A DNA stretch of 64,000 nucleotides from NCBI GenBank assembly GCA_010093605.1, contig MU004183.1, positions 1,240,001-1,304,000 on the forward strand, written 5' to 3'. Source of the stretch: Lophium mytilinum. Lineage: Eukaryota. Below, piece after piece: positions 1 to 12,332 of the stretch. Both the position numbers and the translations under genes were made by a program. Numbering within the stretch: position 1 is the stretch's first letter; every line of letters starts with the position of its first letter. The notes beneath the pieces were generated by a model. That model saw only the letters and a program-made list of their open reading frames with translations, searched no databases and was not told the DNA's origin.

Positions 1-24
1 TGATACAGATGCTAACAATCGTAG

Positions 25-105
25 GATCTTATCCACGTGTCCGAAGCAAAGGTTGGCAGGAGACTAGTGGACTGGTATCTCCGGAATCTGGCAAGAACCT
101 ACTAG
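25..105 (+). CDS. Last exon of eukaryotic translation initiation factor 3 subunit L (partial; gene starts before the window)
   Basis: An intron end (gctaac...gtag) at 11-24 is followed by DLIHVSEAKVGRRLVDWYLRNLARTY*, which matches my recollection of the fungal eIF3l C-terminus. It is not in the ORF track. Confidence 0.8.
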   Translation, partial: DLIHVSEAKVGRRLVDWYLRNLARTY

Positions 106-1037
106 GAACCTCCGTGCTTGTTCCCGATTTTATTACGTATTGCATGGTAAGGGATATTGCGCTACAGAGCAGGCAGTGTGACGGGGATTGGCGTTGGTGC
201 TGGCTAGCAATGGAATACACCAGAAACATGGGCGAGGCCTGCTGTCGGCCGATTGAGCCCTGGTACCATTAAGCAGGTGGTAACAAGTCTAAAGAGCCAA
301 CGAGATATCTTGTCGATTCATCCCCTTTGGCTTAGTATCATTGGATGAGATATTAACGCTCGTCGAAGTGAAATGGGAGCAGCCTTACGACACGATCAAA
401 AGCGGAAACTTGGAGAAGCGAGGGTGAATTGATTTGTTTCTTGGAAGCAAAAAAGAAGGATAAGAATCAAAGGATTGCTGCCTAAAAGTTAGACAATACC
501 CCTATCTATAGTTTATCTTCGATAAGGCCAGGCTGCTTTTCAGATGCGTGAAAATGAAGTGCTTCACGTTGATGGCGGCTAGACGAGGCGCAGGCCGTGA
601 GTGGACGAGCCTTGTTCTCACTCAACCTCCACGACAACGCAACAGGCTCCACACATGCTAGAAGGCGCTCAAACTGATACCTTGACCAGCTTCTGGCAAA
701 CAATAACAGCCACGTAACGCCGCCCTGGGTTTCCTTCTTCTGATCCCCCCGCCGATCTGCTCGACAAGCACGTCGTTTCACACCACCGGAGGTCCCTGCT
801 GTTGCTGGCGGACCAGATTCCAGATTGCGCGTCTGCCCCCCGCGAATCTGCATGTAAAGCAAGTCATCTGCAGGCCATCTGGAGCATTCCACCAAGCTCC
901 TGCCCTTACGCTCCAGTATCATCTGGGCATCTTGTCCGGGCGAGAAGAGCATTCGAGCGTGTCATCCCTACATCTAGAATACTCCCCCAACACGTTCCCT
1001 CCAGCTCACGCATTCACGATATCAAACACCTCAAGCC

Positions 1038-2078
1038 ATGGCTCCTGATTTGAATTCCGTTCCCGCTTCACCGCGTCCCGCTGCAAACTCAGTCTCAGCC
1101 CCACAGCAAAGCTCGCAGCAATCCTCCGCTACAACCTCTCGACGCGCATCGCAGATATTCCCAATGAGCCCACCACCACTGCCTCTGGCGTCCCCAGGCG
1201 GCACGATCCTCGCAGCTTCACAGCATGGTCATCAGCCGTTTCCCCCTCTGAGTCCGAGTCTCACGGGGCCGTTTCCCAGCGTCGATGCCAGCGGAGTGCC
1301 GATGAGACATCCCAGGCCTCTGACCGCAGCCGAACTACATATGGAATGCGAGAAAGAGCAGGAAGCCGTCGTATGTATAGAGTCTCTCTATATGCCAATT
1401 TCTTCACACTCATATACCGCCCTTACTATGAAAACAATACTTCTTTAACCCACTTTACCCCTCGCCAACCCCTCTTCTGTATATAACACTTATTGAAATA
1501 CGCGATATCAGGTCAACCGCCTCACTCGGGAGCTATCCAACCTCAGGGCGCACTCTGCGTCCGTCGCCTCCACCGCCAGCTCTACTTCCAACAACCCAGG
1601 CCTCCTCCTTGACACCTCGGACCCCGCAACCACTCACGGTCCGACCCACCCAACAGCCTCGCGCCGCCACCGCAGCTCGTCAAGTGTCAGCCGTACCTCT
1701 GCAGGTATCCCGCTCAACGCTACGACAGTGGGGATTCCACACCAGCACCGGTATTCGGGTGCGGCACAGCAGGAGCGGGATGCGAGAAGTGCGTCGGTTG
1801 TTTCCACGCCCAGGTATGAAGAGGTGGCGCATTACAAACTTGAGCTGGACGATGCAAAGCGGGAGAATGATATGCTGCGGAGGCGTATCAGAGAGTTGGA
1901 AGGGTTGGTGAGGGAGAGGAGGGGGAGCACGAGTGGAAGTGAGGTTAGTCGGAGGGGAAGGAGCGGTGCTGGAGAACGTGTGGCCGCTGATAGAGAGGCT
2001 GCCGTCAACAATGGAGATGGGAGTGCGAACGCACCGCAGGAGGAGGAGTCGAGCACGGTCATCCTGCCATTACGGTAA
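1038..2078 (+). CDS. Fungal hypothetical protein, Ser/Pro-rich with coiled-coil segments
   Basis: Exon 1 runs MAPDLNS...EKEQEAV. Intron about 1371-1511 (gtatgt...atcag). Exon 2 runs VNRLTRELSNLR...YKLELDDAKRENDMLRRRIRELE... to the stop at 2078. Confidence 0.75.
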
Positions 2079-2802
2079 GAAGATGCGGTTTAGGGTTGCG
2101 TTGTGGTCAACATCGGGGTGTTCTAATTGGTAGAAGATCAGACATCAACTGGTATGGTTGGTTTGCTAGAAGTGATGGGTTTCTGGCGTAGGATTCCTCT
2201 TATTCCCTTTTTCGGGTCAAAAGCCGGCCATGTGGAACTGGGTGGAAAAGCTATTGGGAATGGAATGGTGTTACGGGAACTGGCGATTAGGGCACAGCGA
2301 ACTATCAATGATCGTGCATTCGCCTGGCTATGAGGCACTTGGGCGCTGAGGTGAATTTACAGCACTACACAATACAAGATATCAGGCACATGTCTGCATG
2401 TACTTGCGTGTCACGGTCTGAAGTTTCCTAAGACATCTTCTGAACTCTGGACGAGATTTGAGTCAATCATCTTGAGCAATCTGTCAATTTGCCAGGCCTC
2501 TCCAGCTGGCAGTATACACCGGTACTTATACTTGCCTCCAGTTCCTGAAAGTGTGCGGAGGTCGATTGATTCGTAATAGTATGCAATCTTGTTCGTATCG
2601 TGCAGGATAAATGGTCCCATGATTGACCAGAGAATATCTGCCGCCAGGCAGCCATGTCGGAAGGACCACGCCAAATCCACACGATCTCCAAACGCCATCA
2701 AATGCAACAAGCCGCATGCCTCATGTCTGCCTGATTCTCGCCCTCACCCCAAACTCACCCCCCTTTCCCCGCTTCTACCCCCCTCCGTTCCCGGTTTCCA
2801 GC

Positions 2803-3373
2803 CTACTTTGCATACTGCTTCACCCACTCCTTGGCCGTCTTCTCAAACCCCTTCTTGTTGTCCTTGAACTCGCCCGCAATACTCGCCTCGATCGCGTCGT
2901 CGACGTTCGGCTCAATCAGCAGCGTGCGCACCAGATGCAGCACCGAGATGACCTTGTTCGGCGGCTTCCAGGCGTCTGGGCGCAGCATGCCCAGGCACAT
3001 GGAGCCCTTGTCGTCGTTGGAGATGTTGGGGTGGTAGATTTTGGTTTTGAAGGAGACGACCGGGGGCTTGAACGGGTATTCGTTGGGGAAGGTGAGGCGT
3101 AACTTGAAGTGGCCGCCCTGTTGTGGTGGGGTCAGTGAGCGGCGGTGGGGGTAGTTAGAAGAGGGGGATAGCGTACAGAGTACACTGATTGTTCCGGGCC
3201 GTCCATGAGGATCTCCCACTCGGTCATGTTCTGCTCGTCGAAGTTGATCTTCATGCCTGGTGGGGTGTCGTTGGAGCATTCGGTGTACTCCTACGCAGGG
3301 ATTAGTTTCTACGTCACTCGGAAAACGCGTGCGCAGAGCGTACCTTTAGGATTCGCTTCCGTGCGGCCGCCAT
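2803..3373 (-). CDS. Ubiquitin-conjugating enzyme E2 (UBE2L3/UbcH7-like)
   Basis: MAAARKRILK|EYTEC...WEILMDGPEQSVYS|GGHFKL..FPNEYPFKPP..TKIYHPN...MCL, with the HPN motif and catalytic Cys. Introns at 3291-3343 and 3118-3176. Confidence 0.93.
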
Positions 3374-4031
3374 GGTGAGGATAGAGGGTGGGAGGTGTGC
3401 GAGGTGTAGGCTGAGGTAGTGAGCGAGGTGGAGGTGGTGCAGGAGATATGTAGTGACGGGCGAGGAGAAAGGGCAGCAGGCAACGTCAGACTGATATGGG
3501 AATAAGGTTCGGTTGTGAAAAGCTAGTGGCTGGCGCCTGGATAAAGATACAGTCGCCCAAAGCTCAGGCGTGTGTCAGCCTTTAGAAAGCGAGTGTGTTT
3601 CCGACGTGTTTCTGGAGTCAAGGGCTGCGTTACTGCTGAAGCGCGGGTGACTCAGACGGGCGTGCTTTTACAGCTCGTCCAGATTTAGACTGCTCGAAGG
3701 AGGCTCGCGGCCAACAATAGCACTGAAAGCGCTCTTTGTGCTGTTTACTAATACAAAACTAGTTTTTCTAGACACAAAGGGGGTGTTACGCTCATAACAC
3801 ACGAATTATCTAGCCTCTTTTGTTGCAACATCGTAGCCGTTACATTAACCTCATCCCATAAGCCTGGAGTCAGGGATTGTGGCGTTGTGGCTAATGCCCA
3901 AATATATCGTGCCCACCTTGTGCCTGGATACATGGTACTGGTACAGCTGGTAAGTAGGTAACGGGGCGACGTCCCAAAGCGCCTGGCCCCTGGCTGTCCC
4001 TCTCTTTGCTGCCATGTTGGAGTTTTATGCG

Positions 4032-4066
4032 GTCACGTGGCTACATTCTCACGTTTAGTCACGTGA
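4032..4066. promoter_or_regulatory. Two GTCACGTG E-box (Cbf1/bHLH-type) motifs in the divergent E2/BTB intergenic region
   Basis: GTCACGTG at 4032-4039 and 4058-4065, with TCACGT between them. Function is inferred only. Confidence 0.35.
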
Positions 4067-5084
4067 ACGGTGTACGACGACAGCTCCACCTTCGAAGGAA
4101 AACTGTAACACAACCTCTGCCAAAAGAGTGAGAGCGCCTGAAACCCTATGATCATTTACAGTCCACAGGAAACTCACCATACATACGCTGCGACGAGGAA
4201 GCCAGACTCGCAGACGTGGTCCGTGACACCGCCACGCTGCGGCTGGACTCCAGGGCTGCACCTATCCGGACGCCAGGGCAAAGAGTACGAAAGGACACCC
4301 AGTTCCACTCCAAAGTACACACTCTTGTCCTGTGTGCACAGTACAGTTGCCCAGCTCTAGCTGAGGTCTTTGGTACATCATCGAATACTGTAAGCGGCGG
4401 CTCTGGCACACCTGATAGCTCTCCAAGCCACCGCAGGGGATGTTGAGGTCAAGTATACATCTTCATTGAGTTTCCTACCACCGCGTCTCTTCCCTATCCT
4501 TTCTCGTCACGCGTCTCTGCCATGCTGCTGGATCCCGTGCAGACGTCACACGACTTGGCAGCGCTGTGTTGAGCTGGCAACCACAGCCCTGTCGAGAGTG
4601 GCATTCTCCATCTGCATGGAAGATGTTCGAATCCTGTCTTTCTTTCAGTTGCTGCGAATCAGAGTACCGTGCTCGCGCGGCCTTGCTGCCTTGCAAACAC
4701 CAGCGTCCAGTCATGGCCGTCGAATATGCATTGACGAATCAAGCCGTCTGCCAGCACAGCCCTAGATTAACGCACGGGCAGGCTGCAGGGTTGCTTCCAA
4801 AACCTTGGCAGGGCGGTCGATCTATTTAAGAGGCAGCCTCCCCCACCTCATGCGCGGTACGCCTCTCCACGACAAGTCAGAGCCAGAGCCGCCGAACCCA
4901 GCGCCTGGAATCTCGCTTCTCTCAAGTGTAGATTTCTCGCAAAGTCTCTCAGTGCCTTCTTTTCCTAGGAAAGGAACGCCTCCTGAGTTTCTTCCGGAGC
5001 TCATGCAAAACGCGTCAACAAATTAACCTTTACACTCTTTCCACAGCCCTCCGTCGCTCGTTACGATCCCTCTCTTCGTCCACC

Positions 5085-6060
5085 ATGTTCAAACGCTCTT
5101 TTGCTCAAAAGGATCGAGCGGGCAAGATAACCAAACAAGCGAAGAGGTCGTTTCGCGATAATGCCAAACAGAAGATGATGTTTGAGAAGCTGGACAGTCC
5201 GCAGCTGGAGAGGTATGACTATTATGCCAGCCTTGGAGAACTTCTCGCTGATAGACTCTTCAGTGTCTCCCCCAACCTCACCAGCGCCATAGTCACCATC
5301 GTGATTGGCCCGGACCAGCGACTGTTCGCCGCTCACGAAGACGTACTGAGTCACTCGCCGTTCTTTGCAACGGCGCTGCGGGACCAGTTCTTTGAGAGCA
5401 ATTCTCGACGCATCACTGTTCCCGACGAAGAAGCCGAAGTATTCTCCTGTGTCCTCGAGTATCTCTACAAGGGGGATTACTATCCCCGCCTCATGCACGA
5501 CAAGAAGCGCAACACATGGATGCTCGAGGGTGCGGCCGATGAAGATCCCCACTCTAAACTAGGTGGTCGCGGGAGCGTGGAGCCGACAATCTTCCACTCC
5601 GGCCTGGGCGACGTTATCCTCCGTGACACGGCCGTGTACTGCGCGGCGGACCGCTACGGCCTCGAAGAGCTTAAACGGCTCTCCCTGCGCAAGCAAGGCC
5701 TGCAGAGCGGGATCGAGGTCGGCACCATCCTCCGCAGTGCCCGGTACGCCTACGAGAACACGCCGGACACCGACTCCCGCCTCCGCGCTCATTACCTTGC
5801 TCTAATTATCCGCAGCCGGCGGACGTTCAAGCGCAGCGGCACGATGCAGATGGAAATGGAGATGGGCGGCAAATTGTTCTTTGACCTATTCGTGGCTATG
5901 TGCAACCACATTGATGATATTGTGGATGTGACGCAAGTGCCCCATCTCTCTTAGAACTCTGCTTCCTCTCATGCCTCATTACTGCCCGGTTTTCATCTAA
6001 ACCAATAGCTCATTGAAATGTGGTGTGTACAGAAACAGTCGCTCCCCCAAGAGCATCTAA
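5085..6060 (+). CDS. BTB/POZ domain protein
   Basis: IVTIVIGPDQRLFAAHEDVLSHSPFF...PDEEAEVFSCVLEYLYKGDY is a typical fungal BTB domain. Probable in-frame intron 5213-5263, then a GC-AG intron 5933-6032 giving terminal TNSRSPKSI*. An acceptor-like site at 5046 suggests a further upstream exon, so the start is uncertain. Confidence 0.88.
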
Positions 6061-7077
6061 GTCGGTTCGCATAGACCATGGTAGGTTCAAACCACAAAGC
6101 TCGGAGTAACCAGATTGAGGATTTCACCAACGCGCAACCCTTGCAACCAAATCGATACCCCTACCGCAAGCGAGAGAGAGCAAAAAACTCCGAGCCGGAT
6201 TGACTCCCCTCCTGTCCTTTTATTCTTTTCGATTTGAGGTTCTGGCCGACGCTTTGGTTGCAGAACATAACCCCCCTGTTTTCGGAGTCTTGTGTCATTG
6301 CTTTGCGCGCTTATCCCCACTCCCGTTCGATTGCTTCCCCTCACACCCTCGTCCTTCCCCTTACTGCTCCCCCGCATCCTTCGTGTCTCTCCAAGCTTTC
6401 TCCCGGCCCTAGACGGGTGTCTGGATGTGGCGACCGAGGGCGCGACTGGTGTGAGGAGGGGTGGGAGGGCTTGAGACAGAACGTTTGCGACGTCTTCGCA
6501 AGGCCCGCTTTCCTTTGTTTCGATGGAAGATTGGTCATTCCTGTGGAGTGCATTTCGGGGATGAGCTGGTATGAGATTGTCTCCCGCTGTCCACTCTTTG
6601 ATCGTTGCCGCGATTGCAAGTTGCTCTTGAGTGGGGTTGGCGGTTGCGTGTGGATGAGCTAGTCTTGGTACGCGTTGCTGTTGATGCCTGTTTGAGGGTG
6701 GTTGTGGATACCGCTTGGGCGGTCTGAAGGCTGCATGAGGTAGTTGAGATGAGTAATGAGAGATTCGGCCACCTCTAAAGTTGCGCATGCTGTCGTGACT
6801 TGTTGGCGTTGTTGCGATTGCTCATGCACTAGAGAGTTTCGTACTTGGATGGTGTTCAGGGTGAAAGGTTTGACGGTACGTTTCTTACATTTTTCTCTGA
6901 AATGACATCTATGCACATGCTAACTAACCTATGCGAATGGCCACCTATCTACATGCATCATCCCGTATACTCGTGATGAACGAGACCGTAGCCGCCAAGA
7001 ACTCCGTGTACGCCATGCGACAACACGTCTCATGAATGCGAAGTTCCTTGAAGATTATGGCGACGAGCTCCTTACTT

Positions 7078-9375
7078 TCAAGACGATGGAGCAAAGCTCT
7101 CCTCAAACCGCCTCGCAATCTCCAGCACCGAAGCATCCATACGAGAACCACCCAAAAACGTCACACTGAAAGGGAGCACACCCGCCTCCTTCGTCCCCGC
7201 CAGCTCGGCCAAGGGATATGTGCCCGCAGGCACAGCGACGCCGCAAAGATCAAGCACGTTCCCGCAATGCGTAAATTCGCCTAGTATGCTATTCTTCCTG
7301 ATAGGATCCGCGAGCACTTCGTCGATCCGCCAATGATTCGGCGCGGTCGGTACTACAAGCACGTCGGTTCCCGCAGCGCTCTGCGCGAAAACCTTCTCCG
7401 CCTGCCTCGTATACAGCGCTTTAGCTTGTAAGTCTCGGTAGGCGTCCACAGCGGAGCTGTTCCGGGCGACGACTTTGTCCATCAGCTCGACGATGACGGG
7501 GTGCAAGAGCGCGCGGTTCTTCGCGAACCAGCCATCTGGGAGCGAAGCGAGGCGCTCGCTGACAAAGGTGCCGTCGTAGAGGAGCTCCCCGCCTCTCTGG
7601 AAGGGCGTCCAGTTGATAGGGGTAAGTGTGCCGCCGAGCGACTGGAGCCGCTTCACCGTCTCGTTGAACAGGCGGCGGTGGACGTGGGAGCATATGTCTA
7701 GAGCTTCAGCTGGCGGTATGCTGAATTTGAACGACTTAGCTTGTGGGCCGATGGAGTCGACGTGGCGCTCGTAGGCAATTTCGGGCTTGGCGTAGGCATC
7801 TTCTTCGTCGTGGCCTTCGGTCAGCTGCCAGATTGTTCGTGCGTCGCTGACGTTCTTGGCGGTGATGGCTATGCAGTCGAGGGAGATACACGCGGGTGTG
7901 ACGCCGCGGAAAGATATTAGTCCGCGCGTTGGCTTGTATCCGACGACGCCATTGAAGCCTGCAGGCACGCGACCGGATCCAGCGGTGTCAGTTGCGAGGG
8001 AGAAGGAGACTAGATTGGCGCCGACGCTGACAGCATTGCCGCTGCTGGAGCCGCCACTAATGTAGTCTTTGTTGAATACGGAATGTGTGATGCCGTAGGG
8101 ACTGCGGCAGCCGGTGAGGCCGGTGGCCAACTGATCCAAATTGGTTTTGCCAATGAAGAGAGCTCCCTCTGATATTACTTTGTTGTATACGACAGCGGAA
8201 GCAGAAGGTATATGCGCTAGAGGTGGACACGCTGTGGTGGTGGGCAATCCTGCTACATCGATACTGTCTTTCACGCTGAAGGGGACACCGAATAATGGAG
8301 GTAGTGCTGATCGATCTGAGTATTTTGCTGCAAGAGCTTTTGCTGCCTCCATAACGTTTTCTTTGGATTCGAGATGTATCCATACGGCTGGATCTACTTT
8401 CTGGTACGCTTCGATCTTGTTGTAAAGCGTTTCAGCCAGGGTGACTGGTGATAGGCCTTTCTTGTACGCTTTCTGGAGGCTCGTGATTGCAAGATCACCA
8501 TCGAAGTCCGGTGGCGTCTGTGGAGGGGTAGACGCAGACGAGCCTCTAGCATCGCCGAAAGGCTCCAAGGCATCCAAAAGGGGTTGCAAGCTTGCGATGA
8601 AACCAAATAGGCCTTGGGACCAGTGGATCATGTCAAGCGTTGCACACTTGAAGTTAGTGTCGTTGTACCCACTAGTTGCTTCTTCAATGCCGCCTTAGTC
8701 TTGTCAGCAGGTAAGCTATGTGCTCGTACATGCAATAGACTTACAGCACTCGAAGCCTCGATCGTTAGCCTCTCGTATGGAGGTAGCGAAACAACACTCT
8801 GTAGTCACTCCGGACACAATCAGATGGGTGATCGCTCGAGCTTTAAGCTTGTGAAGAATGGTAGTATTCCAGAACGTCCCTTTCCCAGGCTTGTCGATGA
8901 CGACCTCGCCCGGTAATGGTCTCAATTCGTCGATTATGTCGTGTCCATACTCTCCGCGAACGAGCAGACGGCCCAACTCGCCGCGCTCGCCGATTGTGAG
9001 CTTGTGTTGGGTATTGTCTGGTGCAGCGGCTTGTCGGACGAGCTTTGATATAGTCAGTTGGCCATCGTTCAAAACAGAGAGCAGGATGCGTACTTTGGAG
9101 GAAGGGCAGTCTGATAGATCAGGAACGTGCCCTTCACGAGTATGGACAACGGTCAATCCAGCCCCCCTGGAAGCTTCGAGGAGCTTTCTTGTGGGGGCAA
9201 TGGAGGCCTGCACATCTGCTAGATTCCCTCCTTGAATTTCTCCAAACCCTTTTGCTAAGAGGAAGTCTCGCTGCATATCAATTACGAGGAGAGCTGTATG
9301 CTTCAGTGGGAAAGAGAACGCGTACGGTTTCGCGTCAATTGACACCACCGGTGAAGCATCTTTCTTTATCGTCAT
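7078..9375 (-). CDS. Fusion protein: biuret/triuret-hydrolase-like cysteine hydrolase (isochorismatase fold) plus allophanate hydrolase (amidase signature)
   Basis: The N domain has IDMQRDF, HTREGH.PDLSDCP, DKPGKG, GVTTECC and REANDRGFEC (Asp-Lys-Cys triad). Removing introns 9043-9093 and 8694-8744 joins it in frame (ECC-GIEEATSGYNDTNFKCATLD-MIHWSQGLFG) to ORF 7078-8631. That ORF carries FSVKD, GKTNLDQ.ATGL.G.RSPYG, GGSSSG, TDTAGSGRVPA and LLY....VSER. Confidence 0.9.
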
Positions 9376-10135
9376 ATTGGAATTATGGGGATCGGAAACG
9401 ACGAGCTCGCAAGTAGAAAGATGAAAATAGAGGGGACAACCAGCGTCCAGGAATAAGACTGCAAGGGAACAAGTTTGCAGCTGATGCGAAAGAAGACATT
9501 ATGATAGTGATAGTGCTACAACAAGCATGTCCCGCTTACACCCCGCAACGCCCCTACGCTCAGGGCCGCCGGCCTGGGCTACCGCGCCGGAGGCGACCTT
9601 CGGCGACCGGCACGAAGGCTGGCGGACCTTATCGTCAAGCTAGCTAGTACTAAAGGGGTTACAGGCTGTGGTTGGCGAGTAGCCCCCAAGCCCAGCCCGC
9701 CAGTCCGCCAGCAGCTGACTTCACCACATCCAAACACCATACTTTTAGCTTTTGCGCCTTGCACGACTGGGAACGCTAGACCCCGCGAACCCGGAGCCAC
9801 CATGATTCTGGAACAGATTGGCATGGCTTTGGGCCTCCCACCGTCTGCCATATCAAACTCTGCGTAGCTCGCCGGAGGCACGACCTTCTCCTATCTCCTC
9901 TGCAAGATACTGATCCACAGGAGCCCTCTGAGTTAGGTAGAAGGGCGCCATGGGGGGCTCTTGTCCTCTCCAGAGCTTGAATATATCTATAGGCAGGGGA
10001 CCCAGGTGATCATAACTCATCTTTCTTTTCAAATAATCAAGTCTGCTGCTTTCCAAAGACTTCTTGTTCGCTGGCCGACTTGCTCTTCTGATATCTCTTG
10101 GATCATCACCATAAGCCTCGTCGATACAATCCATC

Positions 10136-12332
10136 ATGTCTATCCTCTCTCCCAGCCGCCTCAAGGCGAAAGTTGGTCCTCACCTGCACCTGAGAGTGCC
10201 CTTTGAAAGTGGAAAATATGCCTCGAGGTGGTCCAATAGGGGTAAGTAATCTTTACAATGTTCGAGCATCGAGTTGTGTGCACCTGTCTGGCATTGCTTG
10301 AAGTTTCTTGATTCACTGGGAGGACTCAGAGTTCAGGTCTGCTTTGAGACATTGATGAACTCGCTGAGCCGCCTCAAGCAGTGACTGCAAGGTGTACACA
10401 GTCCGGTGACAAGTTCCAACCATCAACGGAGTGCGAAACTAATAGGCTTTATAGATCTCGACCCAATTCCTCCTGAGAAGCGGACCTGGGGGGCCATCGA
10501 CTACTGGGCATATTGGACGTCAGACATGTTGGCACCGCCCCTTGCCTCTACCGTTTCTTCGGTCATGTCGCTTGGCTTTACAGCCCGGGAGACGATTCCC
10601 ATTGTCTTCTTCGGTTTCCTGATCTGCAGTGTTGTCATCACTCTCACTGGCAAAATGGGTGCTACTTATGCTGTCCCATTCCCTGTCATTGTGCGAAGCG
10701 TTTTCGGGATGTATGGGTCATTCCCAGCCATCTGCATTCGAGGTATGACACAAAACTAGAACTTCGTGTTGCATTTGCTAATGCATACCTAGCTTTTGTG
10801 GCTTTGATGTGGACTGCAATCCTGACCGTACAGGCCGGTGCTTATTTGCAGCTCTGCCTAGAGGCCATATGGCCAAGCTTCATCCACTTTCCCAATCACC
10901 TCGCCGCTAATGCTGGAGTCACCTGTAAGCGCACCTATATACCAGCTGCTACGATACTATTTACTAATGTCAACAAAGCTGCTGGGCTCCTATGTATCTT
11001 CTTGTACTGGTTTGCGCAGACCGCCCTCGCAATCATGCCCATTGAGAAATTGAGGGTCCTGTTTTGGGTTAAGGGCGTCATTGTAAGTTCCTAGAATGCG
11101 AGGGTCCCTCCAAGCCCACTGACAAATTATAGGTCCCTCCGACGTTCCTTGCGCTTTTCCTCTGGGCGGTTATTGTGACAAAAGGTGGAGGGGAGTTAGT
11201 CACCGGGAAGATGCATATTACATCGACATATATGAACACGGCCTACTCTGCGCTTACCGGGTTGAACGTCATCATCGGACTCTTCAGCTCTATGGCTGTG
11301 AATATGCCCGATTTCGGCAGGTTCTCTAAGAACAGACTGTCTGGGTACAACCAATACTTTGCTCTGCCTATTATCGGTATGGTTGCCGCTCGGGGATATT
11401 CGCTCTACACAACTAAATTCGCTCAGGAACTCTTGGTGCTCTCACTCCCATTTTTGTCACCTCAGCAAACTCGCATCTCTGGGGAACCTTCGAATGGTAC
11501 ATGCCTGCCATCATTGCAAACTTCGACTCTCGTGCCGCGAAGTTCTTCGTGTCGTTCAGCTTCATGCTTGCAACTATCGGTAACCAGGTTGCTGCAGGTA
11601 AGGAATACCGCAATATGCTCCGAGAATTTGAACTGACAATCATAGGCACATATCCTTTCTCGAACGATATCACTGGTATGGCCCCAAAATACATCAATAT
11701 CTTCCGTGCGACCATGTTCATCTCCATCTTCTGTATTGTCTCGACGCCATGGAACATTGTCAAGAATGCGGCAGGTCTGCTAGCATTCCTCTCTGGATAC
11801 TCATGCTTGATGGGACCTCGTACGTATCACCCAACTAGTTTCATCTTTCGATACTGATCGGTCATCCTAGTTGCTGGCACTATGGTTTGCGACTACTACA
11901 TCATCAAGAAGCGGAAGCTCGACATCGACCAGCTGTACACCGGTGAGTCTGGTCAGTTTTATCTCAAAATGAACGGAGCTAACGATGAAAGACCGCGGAA
12001 TCTACTGGTATTCGCACGGATTCAACTGGCGCGCGTTTGTCGCCTTCGTGGTTGGCTTTGCGCCTCTACTTCCCGGATTCGCCAAGAGCATTAAGCCAAC
12101 CCTCAACGTCGGAGGAGCATGGAAGATCTACACTTTTGCTTGGACTTTTGGATTCTTCATTTCGATGCTAGTCCACTATGTCATCTGTACATATGTCTCG
12201 GTTCCTAAGGAGTCTATTATCGAAGAGGCGGTCTACCCGCCACAGCTTGGCGATGTCTCCCCGCCGTCCGAGTTCATGGACTCTGGTAAGGAGGACTATG
12301 TCACGGGGGAGAAGGAAGTCAGCCCCGTTTAG
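10136..12332 (+). CDS. NCS1-family (Fur4/Dal4-like) nucleobase/allantoin permease, multi-exon
   Basis: The spliced N-terminus reads WSNR|DLDPIPPEKRTW. It also has PFPVIVRSVFGMYG, NMPDFGRF, PKYINIFR, TPWNIV, DYYIIKK and GFNWRA, plus many hydrophobic helices. First intron 10242-10453. Confidence 0.92.
10275..10400. mobile_element. Eroded MITE core (hairpin) inside intron 1 of the NCS1 permease
   Basis: tgtgtgcacctgtctggcattgcttgaag...gcctcaagcagtgactgcaaggtgtacaca resembles the internal inverted repeat of the MITE copies at 35631 and 57744. No TIRs or TSD are recognisable. Confidence 0.65.

Noticed and set aside
5047..5090. Possible frameshift just upstream of the BTB ATG (alternative frame PSVARYDPSLRP looks protein-like)
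   Set aside because: An in-frame upstream exon (ATG near 4850, donor at 4857) or a 5' UTR intron explains the region equally well. It cannot be decided without orthologs or reads.
6087..6788. 233-aa minus-strand ORF
   Set aside because: It is antisense to the pyrimidine-rich 3' region of the BTB gene and has no domain-like content.
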